From Callorhinchus milii (Eukaryota): a stretch of 64,000 bases of DNA. Made by a program: the position numbers and the translations under genes. The stretch spans positions 59,274,001-59,338,000 of the forward strand of contig NW_024704742.1 of assembly GCF_018977255.1 (NCBI RefSeq), given 5' to 3'. The notes beneath the pieces are model-generated. The model did not search any database and was not told the DNA's origin. It worked only from the letters and a program-made list of their open reading frames with translations. This document shows positions 27,613 through 41,049 of this stretch, piece after piece; positions within the stretch are counted from its first letter, which is position 1, and each line of letters starts with the position of its first letter.

Positions 27613-27889
27613 TGGTGAAGACAAGCCATTAACTGTAATATTTCTTATAATTAGTCCATTGCATAACTCATTTTTCACCCCATCCCAAAGCCTTGTACTC
27701 TGCTGGGTAAACTATTCATTGAGGTATAATATATACCTAGCAATAATCATAATTTCGGGGCCTAGCATCTGAAAACATGGTCACCGATGGTGGAGCGGAG
27801 GGTACGAGGGACGAGCAGGAGGCTGAAGCCAGCTGAGCGAAGGTGGCAGGTAGTGGCAATCATCGATTGTCACTATATACACACTATAG

Positions 27890-28245
27890 CTGCCACAAGT
27901 TGGAGGTTTGAACTCACGTAGTCTAGGTTGACACTCTACTACAATGTTGGGGATTGCTGCATTACTGGAAGTACCGTCCTTCAGGTGGCAAGTTAAATTC
28001 AGGTCTAGACTACCTCTTCAGGTCGACGTCAAAGATCTTATGGTACAATTCAAAAAAGACAAGGGAGTTTCTCCTGGTGTTATGGCCTGGAATTCCCCAA
28101 ATAAAATTGGTATCTGCTTCACGGCTATTTGTGAAATGTTTTGGTGTGCAAATTGACTACTGCCAATGTATTTTAAGTGTCAAATCACTTTAAGGCATTC
28201 TTGTAACATAACAGTCACTATATCAAATGTAAGGATTATTATCAA
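27890..28245 (+). mobile_element. Deu-domain SINE
   Basis: Deu core CAGGTCGACGTCAAAGATCTTATGGTACAATTC...GGGAGTTTCTCCTGGTGT. Confidence 0.78.
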
Positions 28246-29889
28246 TAACTATGGTTGCTGCAAATTATACTCCATTGATATCTGTTTTTCAGTCTAATCA
28301 CTCATTGTTTCCTTTCAAGATATAGTTGAGTCAAAAAGGATATTCCTAGCCTGGATGTGATTGTTTTCAAATTAGTTATTGGTTTTCAATTGCGACAAGT
28401 TTCCTGCTGAAAAGAACCATGCTCTGCTAATTCACTGCCTGTAATACACAAGTTAAAAGGATTTCATACACCAACCATTGAAGAATGACTTACACAGCAA
28501 CAGTGACTGAGGTATTTGAGGTATTTTCTTGCTTCAAAGTCAATGTTGTCACTGAATGTCATCATTCCAGACAATGCACACTGATCACCATGTACAGCTT
28601 TGAGGAGTCTAGTCATGTCATATAAATTTAGGAACAGGTTGGATTAAATGATAGGTTTCCAGGCGATGCAGAATATGTGTATTGAAAGGTTTTCACCTGA
28701 GGTGGATCTGGTTGGTTCTTGGAGAAACATTACTAGTGTGAGACAACTTGAATCTCCTAACAATGAGGTGAGTGCAGTTAGAAAGAAAGACATAAATTGC
28801 ATTGTTGCTACAGAAAACAAACATTACAAATAATGGCAAAATTAATCTAACCAAGAAAGTGCTAAGCATATGTTACAGACATACTTTTTCTAGCTACTGA
28901 AACAGATTTTTTTATTTTTTAACATTTAATGTTCATTTTTGTACCCGTGAACTCACTATACTAAGTCTTCAATGTGCTGAAAAGTGCCCTACAAAATGTA
29001 TTGATAAACACAGATACAGTCATAACATTTGAGTTTGATATTTTTAATTTGTCATTTGCAGGCTAATTTCTGATTGTATAAAGTTAAATTGTTTTCATAT
29101 TCGTATCAGTTATTCACTTACTGTCCTGCAAAGTGTACACTAGTAAAAATGCAGAAAGTGGACTTGTGTTCTGGAGTTGAGTTTTGTGATTGATCTCCAT
29201 TTTCACCATAGACCAGATGCTTGTACCATACTCAAAAGTACTGCTGTGTTTTCAGTCAAATATTAGCACAAAACAACCAATAAAATGTTTGGTCATGCCA
29301 CTAAGTTTATGTAGAAAATGTCTTTTCCTACAAAATGCACAGTCAAACCACTTAACAGTATATCCTGTGAAGTACTTTGAGCCATCCTGCTGAAAGGTGC
29401 TATAATAAATGTAGGGATTATGATTTTTATATTCAGACATAAACCAGTGAAACAGAAGGTTAGCCATGTGTCGTGCCACAAGCATTTTGTCGCCAATGAG
29501 ATGAATGAAAATAATAGCGTAATTGAGAGCTTATGCAGTTGCCTGGAATTCCAAAACAGTAGTGGGCTGGAAGAAAACAGGTGGCAGATAAAATTACGCT
29601 TTAATCCCTTGAAGCAATACTGGAACAACATGGAGACAACAATAGTAGCACTGACATTTTCAGACTGAGATAACTATTATCCTGTAGTCAGGGATGGTGT
29701 TCACATCCATGGCTAGTGTTTAGGAATTAACTGGAAATTGTGATGTTTCTTAACAAGTTCGATCCACATCAAATTTGCTATGAAACATAAAAGTTTCATC
29801 TTTCATGAGTTAATTGGTTCTATAATATACGCAATAGTTAAATGTAAGTTAGTCAAGTATTGTTTTTTGCAATATATCGAATGTTCAAG

Positions 29890-30320
29890 CCTGCCCATCA
29901 CCCTAGTCCTCACCAGTCTCCACTGGCATCCTGTCTCCCAATGGATCAACTTCATATTCCCAACCCTCACCTATAAATCGTTTGATGCTACAGCACTTCA
30001 TTATCTCTGCGATGTTCTATTCCTCTTTTGTGCTCACCTCCTCCTCTCAGCTAACCCAGACCTGCTGTGTGCACCCATCCCGCCCCCCACAAAACCCCAA
30101 TGCCACCATCAGTAGCTGAGCTTTCAGCAACAAAGTTCCTATCTCTTAAACTGCCTCACTTTATGCCTTTGCCACAACTCTCTTTATCTGCCTCTTTGAC
30201 TGTGCCTACTGTCGCTTACACTCATCCAAACCCCCCCACCACCAAACCAACCCTGTCTTTGTGAAGTATTATCCTGCTTGTAGGGCATGATATGAGTACT
30301 AAAAGTACCAGATGTTGTTG
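29890..30320 (+). mobile_element. Old L2 3' fragment
   Basis: PITLVLTSLHWHPVSQWINF...LTYKS in ORF 29780-30115 resembles the L2 C-terminus. Confidence 0.7.
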
Positions 30321-30399
30321 TATTCTAATCAGGCTGCACATGGACACCACAACACAAATTTACAAGAGAAGTTTCCATGAAAAAGCTCTTTCAAACTTG

Positions 30400-31375
30400 G
30401 TTTAAGTGGGAAAACTATTTCACAATTGTTCTTCTTTCAATCTGTTCCTCTCGCTGTCTGATCAGTGTCCCTCTGACATTCAGATCTTCGCATACCATCT
30501 CAGTTATAATATTCAATATTGTATTTTCCTTGCTGGGATCCATTCCATCACCTTAAAATTACTTGCCACCATTTCAACTCCATGAGAAGAGTAGCGATCT
30601 AACTGCATTCATTGCTCAATAAAGGATCAGTAAAGTTTCACCATCTGTCCAGCAATTTTAGTTCACTACAAGGAATTGTAAGAAAAAAATGACAGGGTTA
30701 CAAGTACAAGGTGTGAAGACCTGAATGATTGAACTACATCTTCAAGCGTGGTATGGTCACCACTTTCCTCCTCCTTCCCCATCCTCCTTCTAGATACCCA
30801 ACACTATTTTCAGTAAAGCTCTCTAAGATGTTAAAAGACATGAAGGGTGCTATATAAATGCAACTTGTTATTATGGCTCAGTAACTTTGAAACAGAAACC
30901 AGTGATAGTAACATCTACTGTAGTGTTGCAGTGCAGGAGCTGAAATCATTTAGAATTGGTTGAAACCACGGAGACAAATATCTCTCTAGATGTGCTGATA
31001 GTCTGAAGATTAATATTAAAAAAATCACTTTGGAACAAAGCCCCCTCCCTTGGTTATCTGGTTTCACCAGACTGATTACAACCCGACCAAGCTTGTATCA
31101 TTGCTGTTGTTGATGTATAACCATCTACAAATCTCACCAGTTGGTGCTCTTTTTCAAGATTTGTTACACTGTACGATAAATTCACATGATTGTTGTTAAA
31201 CCATTGAAAGTTGATATGTGTGGAAACAAAGCATTTCATTTACACTAATGCTGCTCAGACCAGTTTTGACACAGTCAGAAAGATTATCTGCTTTGATCAT
31301 TTTTGGTCCATCCATTCACACTTTATATAACTACAGATGGTTTAGATAATGGGCTCTATTTACTTGGTTTCGTGA
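30400..31375 (-). mobile_element. Ancient CR1-like RT fossil in pieces (similar decayed pieces at about 23950-24800 and 11600-12080, minus)
   Basis: Decayed similarity to NYRPISLTSVVCK...VD.VY.DF (31070-31370) and W..KWQM.FN...Y (30400-30660); many stops/frameshifts. Confidence 0.4.
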
Positions 31376-31554
31376 GGATGGGTTTGAACATACAGTTACT
31401 GTTGGTTCCCGTGGATTGACTGATGAAGAAAGCTAATATTCCACAGTAGAAAAGGAGTCTCTCTTGTTTACATAGGCTGTGCATGTTAATGCATTGAAAG
31501 AAAAAAAATCTATTTATTTACCCTATTAATAATAATGCTTGCATTTTATATGTT

Positions 31555-31922
31555 GTGGAGTCCTGTAGCTTACTGGTCAGTGCACTCGACTCAAAAGCGA
31601 GAGGATCCAGGTTTGATTCTCGAGCAGGACAAAACCCTAGGCAAGTTTCCTTACTGTGCATGCCTCTGTTTACCTAGCAGTAAGTAGGAACCTGGTTGTT
31701 AGTGGACTGGCGGATCATTCTCCAGGGATAATAATCTCTCCCCCAAAAATTAATAATTTGGTCACTCAATCCATGACTGTTTGTGGTACACTGCTGTGCG
31801 CAATTGGCTGCTCTATTTTGCCTTCCAAATATACAATCAATTCACTTTAAAGTATATTCTGTGAAGCGCTTTGAGATGTCTCAACAATATGATAAGGCAT
31901 TATATTAAATGCAAGGATTATT
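31555..31922 (+). mobile_element. tRNA-derived SINE, long variant
   Basis: GTGGAGTCCTGTAGCT head, long internal block, family tail. Confidence 0.9.
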
Positions 31923-32299
31923 GTATAGCTACTTCATGTGGAAAGGATGTTTCAAACCATTTCATAAGAAATACTGTAAATCTTGTAGGAAAACATGGCA
32001 GTCAATTTGCACACAGTAACGTCCCACAAACAATCAATCTTATCCACTTATCATTGACAACTCTACTCATAACAAAATAAAACCGTTGTTTGGTGATGGA
32101 ATACACATCACTCAGCAACAATGGAAAGATGATCGATGTTCCTTACTGGAATTCAGCTAAGAGTTGAATATTGATCAGATAAGATTACTTACTGTTTATC
32201 CTGCTAGGCTCAAAGTTGTTTTGCAATAAGGTGATGCAGAGACAACTGTTGTGGTTGTTCATGGCTTTTCTATCTAATTGAAAAGTAAATATCCTCTTT

Positions 32300-32712
32300 G
32301 GAGGGAAGGTAAGTGGGGTCTCCTTGGAGCTGAGCTGTCTCCAAAGTGAAGTGTTTGACAATGAATTGTTGGCCTCTGTGGCAGTCTCAGTAATCTGGTT
32401 CCTGAGCCACAAATTACTTCCCACACCACTGATGATGGAGTTGTCAGCCCACTCATCAGTAGGACTTGGAGGGGCAAATCCGGGCCTAAGGAGCAAGGAT
32501 GCTTCCTATTCATCTCCTGTTAACCCTGCAAGCCAAAGCCCTAATGGTTAGAGTAGTCCTAGTTGAAAAAGCAGTGAGCAACAAGCTTTGTGGTTTTAGT
32601 TGGTTCAATGATAACAGTACTCCAATGTACCTGCTGAAGCCCCAACCCTCGGTTGTCCCCAACCTGCGTGCAATCTTGTCCAGAATTAGGTAAGCAGGGT
32701 GTATCCCTCCAG
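32300..32712 (+). repeat. Copy of the RTE-like 5' region
   Basis: Shares CCTTGGAGC...CTCCAA, GTTCCTGAGCC, CTCCTGTTAACCCTGC and GGTAAGCAGG with the 36850-37600 copy. Confidence 0.65.
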
Positions 32713-33621
32713 AAAGAAAGTGTGTATTCGTTTCATGATACAGGGAGATGTCAATATGTAAGATTCTTAGTATCCGCAAATGTTAGACACATAGAAGAAA
32801 ATGCATTTTTATGTGCATGTAATTTAACTATTAAATGATTACCAACTGACCAACCATAAAATCCACATTAATACAGATGGGAAAGGCAAAACTTTGTTAT
32901 ACTCATATACATGCACCCCTTGTGAACTCATATGGGGTTATTCTGCTCTAGTTACTAGATATAGACACGTCTTTTGATGTGAATTTATAATAGGATTTAC
33001 ACACACATTGAAAGATTTACTACACTTGGTGAACAGTGTAGAATACTCCCAATGACATGGGATTGTCAGTGCCTTTTTCTTCACAAGGTGACAGCTCAGA
33101 CCATTCTGTGTTCTTTGCTAAAGGAAAAAACATGGTGTGGGAGACAGCAGCAGATTACCTGGAGTAGCAGGAGGGAGACAAGTTGGAGAAATGAAAAGTA
33201 AATGAGGCGAAAAATCTAAAAAGTACTCAGCATCAGAAAACAAAAGCATACCCTACATTCAAGTCAAACCATATAAACAAATGGGACTGCTGTTTCGTTA
33301 GCATTTGTTATTCAATAATTTCATAACAAATGTCACTTTTGGCTTTGAAAGAGTCAGGAAATAAACAATAAAAGAAGAACTTGTCATAGTGTCACTTTCA
33401 ATGTACATAAATTGACTTCCAGCACTAAGTTAACAGCTTTGGTGTAGGTCTGCAATGCACAACTTAATGGCAACACTTCTGGGCATGCCCTGTGGCAATT
33501 CACATCAATACCAAAAGGTCTAACAGCCAGAATACAGCAGACTGTACACTGATGTATCTTGTTTCTTTCCCCAGCAATAACTTAAGCACAGAACACTCCA
33601 GCCAACATCGTGTCTACAATA

Positions 33622-35455
33622 CCAACAATAAAATTACATTTGTATAGCGCCTTTCACGTTGGGAGAATGTCCCAAGGCCCTGGACAGACAGAGTTTCGGA
33701 CCCGAGCTGGGGGTCAGGAATGGGGAGGTTGGAGTGCAGAGGGGGAAGCAGGGAGATCGAAAGCATGGTCGAAGAAGAGGATCTTGAGATGGGTTTTCAG
33801 GAGGCAAGCGAGGGGACGAAGCAGAGGGACTGCGGGTGGAGTTCCAGAGGGTGGGGGCAGAGTGGCAGAAGGCCCGCCGCCAATAGTGGGGTGAGCGAGG
33901 TGGGGGATGTGAAGCAGGCCGGAGCCCACTGAGTGAAGGGAACGAGCAAGATGTTAGGGGGTTAGGAGGTTGCAGGGGTAGGGGGAAGCAAGGCCATGGA
34001 GGGCTTTGAAGGTGAGGAACAGGATCTTGAACTGTATCCTCTGTGTGATGAGAAGCCACTGGAGTCAGACGAGGATGTGGGTGATAGGATCATGGAGCAT
34101 TGTGCTGGAGAGGACACGGGCTGTAGAGTTTTGGATGATATTCAGCTTATGAAGGGGGGAGTTAGGGAGGCCAACAACCAAGGTGTTTGCATAGTCAAGC
34201 CTCAATGTTATGAATGCGTGTATGAGGGTTTTGGTGGCCTGCGGAGTGAAACAGTGGCAGAGCTGGGCAATGTTGCGCAGATGGGGGAAGGCAGGGTGGG
34301 TCATAGCGCAGATGTGGGGTAGAAAGGATAGTTGAGGGTCAAACAAGACCCCAAGGCTCCGGACTGGCTTAGTAAGATGAAGGATGTAACCATGGATGGT
34401 GATGCTGTCAGCATCTGAGGTGTGGAGGCGCTGACGAGAGCCAATCAGGAGAGCCTCGGTCTTGTTGATGTTCAATGAAGAAAATTATCTATCATCGAAG
34501 ACTTGATGTCCAACAGACATTCTGTCAGTATAGCTATGGTCCTGGAGTCAAGGGTGGAGGCAGAGAGTACAGTTGGGTGTTATCCGCATACATGTGGAAG
34601 TTGACCCCATGTCTGCGGATGATGTCACCAAGAGAGAGCATGCAGATATTGAAGAGGAGGGAACCAAGGACAGAGCCCTGAGGAACGCCACATGAGACGG
34701 TGCAGGGGCTAGAGGAGAAACCGTTTGTGGAGATGAAGTGGAGGCAGTGTGAGGTACGATCTGAAACAGTCAAGGTTAGAGACGTGAAGGTTGAGGTGAA
34801 AGGAGAGGTGGTGGATAAAGATAGAGTGGTCGACAGTGTTGAAAGCAGCAGGTCAAGGAGTACGAGGAGGCAGAGGGAGCCCTGGTCGCAGATGGACAAA
34901 AGGTCATTTGTCACTTTGACCAGTGCTTTTTCTGTACTGTTGGCAGCACGGAAACACAATTGGAGGTATTTGTGAAGGGAGTGGCGAGAGAGGAAGGGGC
35001 GAAGCTGGGAAGCAACAAATCGTTCCGGGACCTTGGAGAGGAAAGGGAGGTTGGAGATGGGGTGGTAGTTTGAGAGTAGGTCCAGCGAGGGATTTTTAAG
35101 GATAGAAGTGATGACAACATTATTTAATGGTGGGAACAGTACCAGTGTACAGGGAGAGTTTTATAATGTCTGTGAGTAGATGGGCAAGGAGGTGGAGTTG
35201 GGAGGCAAGGAGAGGGCTAGGAATGGGATCGAAGGATCTGGTGGTTGGTTTCATGTGGGTTATAGTGGTGGTGAGGGAGGAGTCAGAGACAGGTTCGAAG
35301 GTGGGAAGGGAGGGATGGGTAGGGACCAGGGTGGGAGGGGGAGATGGGGAGGGTGTAGCAGACCGAATGGCAGAGGGAGCTGAGTTGATCCCCTCGACTT
35401 TGGATTTGAGGAAGTCCAGCATCACCGCACAGTTGTCTAATTTCTCAGTGGCTCC
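33622..35455 (-). mobile_element. 5'-truncated L2 LINE (linker, RT, 3' UTR and tail)
   Basis: Minus-strand ORFs with [13 protein letters not shown] and [27 protein letters not shown]2 tail (GTGAAAGGCGCTATACAAATG + TTG repeat) at the low-coordinate end. Confidence 0.93.
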
Positions 35456-35484
35456 AAACATTCATTCATATTTAATAAGGTCTA

Positions 35485-35925
35485 TTACTGGCTCCCTATT
35501 CTTCAGAAGATCCAGTTCAAGATCCTGGTCCTCATATACAAAGTCCTCCATGGCATCGCCGCACCCTACCTCTGCGACCTCCTAACCCCTACCAACCCGC
35601 CTGTTCCCTCCGCTCAGCCGGCTCTGGCCTGCTCCACGTCCCCCGACCCACCTGCCCCACCATTGGCGGGAGACCCTTCAGTCACTCTGCCCCCAACCTG
35701 TAGAATTCCATCCCCCAGTCACTCCGCCTCGCCCCCTCCTTAGCCTCCTTCAAGTCCCACCTCAAAACCCTCCTCTTCGACAATGCCATCGGCCACCCCC
35801 CTTCCCCTCCCCTCCCTTCTCCCCCCCAACTCCAACTCGGGTCTGAAATGCTGTACACTGTCCAGCGCCTTTGGACGTCCTCCCGATATGAAAGGCGCTA
35901 TACAAATGTAATCTTGTTGTTGGTC
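35485..35925 (+). mobile_element. L2 3' fragment with tail
   Basis: Matches reverse complement of the 3505-3930 L2 3' end; ends CCAGCGCCTTTGGACGTCCTCCCGATATGAAAGGCGCTATACAAATG...TTGTTG. Confidence 0.9.
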
Positions 35926-36849
35926 TTGTTGTTAATATACACAGCACGTAGTGGATTTTAGTACGACTTGTATTTGCAATAATCAAACACTCAGAGTTTT
36001 TTATTGAAGGTGTATTTTTGTGGCAGTAGATATTGGATCTCTTACAAGTTTACTTGCACAATCGTGCAACATCTAACCTCCATGTAATTCACCTAAAAAA
36101 AANTCTTCAGATGTCTCTGGAATTACAGGATTCAAGGCTGCTACAAAATACTGTGGACACATCTGGATCAGGAACTGGAGTAGCTGAGTCTGGCAAACAA
36201 GGTGGGTTTGATTCAAACATTCTGTTGTGCTTTATGTCACCTTTGGAGCCGGCTCAGGTCCAAGCAAACCCAATTTGCCCCCCGCCCACCACCCTATCCA
36301 TAAAGGATTAGGAAGTGATCAGATTCCAATTTGAATGCTTCAACTCAGCCAAGATTCATTGCACTAAACAGTACTTTGTTCCACAAACCCATTAATCTGA
36401 GTTTAAAGAAGCTATTCCTTAAATTAAGTTCAGCATCTAGAATTTGGCAAATTCAGTCTGAACTTTGAAAACATTTTACTGAATTTGTAAAATAAACCTG
36501 GCTTCAAAATTAAGGCTTGCCAAATTCAGTGCACTCTGAAATATTCACAAAATATGAATAAATCTCGACCCGGGTACAATTTATACCCTGAGTTTTTTTA
36601 AAAAATGGTCATTAGACACCTCAATTCAATTGACAGAGCAAATTTAATATCTAATTTATACTATTCTTTGCTCAGTGATTCAGCTGAAAATCATGTCAAT
36701 TCTCTCTGCACCCCACTATTCAAATAAACATGAGTATAAATGAATCAGCATGAATCAATTTAATCTCAGCTCAAAATTGGTCTCTATGAACCCTTTTAAA
36801 GATCCATTTATAATATTGGTATATAAGCTGTCAATCTGCAATGCTCTGA

Positions 36850-37600
36850 CAATCAGTGTAGCCATCTCCACATGCTTAGCTGCACGTGCACACAGCTTTC
36901 ATCAGGTCCTGGCCAGTCTGATCTCAGAGCGGGAAATTTAAATAGCTCGGTTGGCTTTACTCCTGGAAGTGATAATGAATAGCTTCCAACATTATGAACC
37001 AGGATTTTTTTTTGGTCAGTCAGGTGTCTGACACACATGGAAACCCATCACCATGCTTAAGAGGATCCAAGCAAAGCTGCGATTTCCATGCCGACATCCC
37101 ACTTACACATGGAAATGGAGTGATGCATCCTGCTTACCAATTCCAGAACTATTAGCCTAAGGTTGGTAAAAGCCAAGGCTTGAGGGCCCCAGAGTGTGCA
37201 CTGGCATACTGCTGGAGTCTAAACAGCTAAAACCATATAGCTTGCCATTGGTAAACTTTCCAGCTGCTCATCCAACTCGGACCACCCTACACACCATTTG
37301 GGTTTTGACTGGCAGGGTTAACAGGAGCTGAGTGCGATATAAAAATAATAATAATAATAAACCTTGCATTTAATATAGCGCTTTTTACGTCTTCTAGATG
37401 TCTCAGATGGCTCCCTGCCCCGAGTAACTGATCTGCCCTTCCAGGTCCTGTCGATGAGGCAGGATGCGCTGTCATCAGCTGTGCCCTGGAATACTGTGGG
37501 CCCGCCTGGCTCAGGAACTGGACTACTGAATTCCATTGCCAGGCATGTCACCTTGGAGCCAGTTGAGCTCCAAGGAAACCTTGCTTATCAGGCATCAAAG
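36850..37600 (-). mobile_element. Old repeat, probably the 5' UTR plus EN start of an RTE-like LINE
   Basis: Overlapping homology with 60-200, 8470-8600, 12120-12420, 32300-32710, 36160-36280 and 56140-56430; downstream peptide NVGS...PG..TEL...ALRSDWPGPDE resembles the RTE EN motif ALSEVRWPGSGE. Confidence 0.55.
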
Positions 37601-40600
37601 AGCAAGCCTTGCATCAAAAATTTGTATTACAATGAAAATGCTTATTCATGTGCATACACGCAGTTAGATGTCCCGGTGAACAATTTCTCCAGATTAATTG
37701 ATCATTCACTTCATGGTTGTTTGTTGTGACCTTGCTGGCTCAAATATCTGCTGTGTATGCCGACTTACATAGTCATTACACTTGACATAAATTACGTGTG
37801 AAGCACATTGCAAAATTTTGACTTGATAAGGCACTGATAAAAAAAATGCAAGTTTTCCCTTCTTTCTTCAAATACTAATGACTGCTCAGTGCTATCCCAC
37901 CGTTTCCCAGTCTCAGTAGTGAAACAAAATAAATATAAACGGAAGCAAAAATTATCATTAATAAAATAAAGCATTATGGAGACATGTTTTTCAGCCAGTG
38001 AAGGGCTAATTTATCTTTGCTTGCAAGCTGCTCAATTGTTTTGTTACAGGAGTTTCATTCATTCACTCCATGTTCCCAGGAAGCAATCCTTCCACTGGTT
38101 GTTTTTGATGGTTCATTAATATTCATTAAACCTACCGCAGAGATGTTTTCAACATATTTTTTCAAATTGTATTAAACCAATGAAATGCTTAAAGTAGCCT
38201 ATTCTGCATAAACTTTAAGCCTATAACAACTGGTTGCTTTAATCATTCACATAAATTTGTTAGTATGTGTCGGAAATATTACATCAATAACATTTAAGTC
38301 TCATGTTGGTATTAAAATCTTTGACACTTTTCCTCGAGCCAAGATGTCACAGGGAAATGTCATGTTCGGCTTTTCTGCCTTTTTTATTCTAACATTTTAA
38401 CAGTACAGTACATTATAGCATTTAACCCTTTGACTTCTCAATTAAGGAAACCCAAATTTAATATCTCATGATCTAGATACCTTGAATGTATTTGGGGGAA
38501 AACAAAAATGAACCCTGTTGTTTTGGACAATCTGTTGGAAATACTATTTTATTTAACAAAAACATATCGATCAAGAAACCCCCCTCAGCACTGGATAGAA
38601 ATGCACTGCAAATGAGCTGGTCCCTGTGTGTTACAAATGATTATTCTCATTAAGTAGAACGGCCTTAAAAGGCATCAACTCCTTTTTAAATAGTGTTACT
38701 CCATTATTTCTATGATTCTATAATGGGACTAAATAGATAGTGCTAGTGGGGGGGCTGACATTATACAACACTATGGATCAAATGGCGCCCTTCTCAGCTA
38801 CAATTACCATCATTTCCCATCAGATATTACTCACTTCCATTCAATAGCCTTCTGGAGAAAGTGGAAAGATTAATGGACACAAATTCTTACACGAATGTTG
38901 ATGTCAGTGCTGTCGCAGACACATTTGGTGCAGAACAAGAATATCTTCCAAATGTAAGCAGCCTTGTTGGGAAGTACAAACTAACTAGTGAGTTTGAGTC
39001 TATTAATACCCCCAAAAATTACACAGTCACTACACTTTGCAATATATCCTGTGAAGAGCTTTGAGACATCGGCCTGAGATGCCAGTTGCTAGAATGAAAT
39101 GTAAAGATTATTATCATTAATAATAAATACCACAGTGTGAAACAAGCAAAAACCCTGCTCTGTTAAAATGACAATTAATATGTACTAGTGGGGGGCTTGA
39201 ATTTTTAAAAAATATATAATATACATCACACAAGCTAAGAATTAGCCCTGGCTAGATTGTTGTAGCTGCAGTATTTGGGGGAGATGGGAGCAGTCAATCA
39301 ACCCCTAAACAAGCACACTTGAAGTTAGATGATTGTAAACTCAACACTTCCACACTGATGGAAAGTGTGGTGGAATCTATGGTTAAAGCTGATCTCACTG
39401 TGTGCAAATCAAAGGCCAGCAAGATCTCATGGTTTTAGCCTGAACAGTGGAATGTTTTCAATTGAGTGTTATCTTTCTTCAGTTTTCTACATCTACACAA
39501 TCTTAAATTTTAAAACTTTGTGAAATTTCAGGTCTCTGATCCAATCCAATACCAATTATGTTTATATAGTGCCTCTCACTTTAGGAGGATGTCTCAAAGT
39601 GCTATTCACAGATAAAAGGTGAAAATAGTGGAAGAAATAAAATGATCCCCCTCCAAACTGAGATTAATCACTGAGGTTTGAATGAATTTCAATGAAGCTA
39701 ACTTGATTTTACATCAAAAGGAATGATACAACAAGGCGTGATAAGGTGCTATATCAAATGCAAGGATTATTATTATGTAACCAGGCAGATCTTTAAAATA
39801 TTCACTGAAAAATTGATCATGTGTCCAGCAGTGTTATGTCAAGGTACTAATATTAATGTGGATGAAACATGAATATGTTGTATTGCTACAAATCCCCAAA
39901 TACTAGAATCAAATCAAATGTTCCTTGTGTAGTTTATGTATTTGAGCAATTATTTATCTCTATCACATGAACCTGCTTCAATTCATCATAGTTAAATTTT
40001 AAATATTCTGTTAATAGCCATTGTACAACACTCTTTTTCTTGGTTCCACAGTGAGCTACAAGTTTACCTTTCTTAAATAAAATAATAATAATCCTTGCAT
40101 TTGATTATAGCGCCTTATCACAACTTTGAGGCGACTCAAAGCATTTCACAGAATATACTGTAAAGTGAATTAATTGTATATTTTGTGAGCAAAATGTGGG
40201 AACAAGTTATGCACAGCACTTCTTGATCTGGTGTGACTCTGAGACTGAGTTCCTGAAAATGTATTTGTCCTTTAGTAATGCCTCCCAGTCTACATCATGT
40301 TGCTCAGATCTCATTTCCCTGAAGTTGTCTGTCTAGAGTTTGGTTGCTTAGTTGTGGTGGTTTCCAAGTCAAATTGAATGTAATTGAGCTATGTGACTTA
40401 AGGCCAAGGTTCTATCTGCCTTTTGCGGTGGACATAAAAAATCCCATGACAATGTTCGAAAAGAGAATGAGTTTTCTTGATGTTCTGGCCAATTATCCCC
40501 GTATAAAATTTGTCATTCAAGTCAGAGCTGTTTGTTGGACATTGCTGTGTGTAAATTGGCTGCCACGACAGCCTATAAATGCACAGTCACTACACTCTGT

Positions 40601-41049
40601 AGTTAAACTTTGTGAAGATCAAATGCAAGGATTATTATTAAATAAGGATAAGATCACAAAGCTCAGTATTAGCTTCCTTTTGGCTGCTTCAAGCATCTTA
40701 AACAGTGATTGCTGATTAAGTGCACCCTCTGGTCAGGGTAGATTTTGAGGTGCCCTTTTCCTATATGCACAAGACTAATTGGTGCTCCTCCTTCCATTCT
40801 AACAGTACCACACACTTGTTAGTAATAATAAGTGTCATAAAATGCTATGCGCAGAAATATTGGAAGAACAAACGACAGTTGGTGACAGATAAACTGTGTT
40901 TCAATACTATTAAATTTGACTTGACAGACACTTTGGCTTACAAAGAAGCTGTAAACATATGGTTTACAACTTCATGGTTGCTTTCAAAATAGAACATTGA
41001 TCATTGTCCTTTTGCCTCCGGATTCCTCCTTTAACTTCTTGCTGAGCAT

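Noticed and set aside
29420..29668. THAP-like motif (VSCHKHF)
   Set aside because: Lacks the other THAP C2CH ligands and conserved P/W/F residues.
32425..32462. Hammerhead core (CTGATGA) in the RTE-like leader
   Set aside because: CTGATGA pairs with downstream TCATCAG, and no correctly placed GAAA follows in any copy.
36095..36110. Single N at 36103
   Set aside because: Ambiguous base at the end of an A homopolymer; sequencing artefact with no biological meaning.
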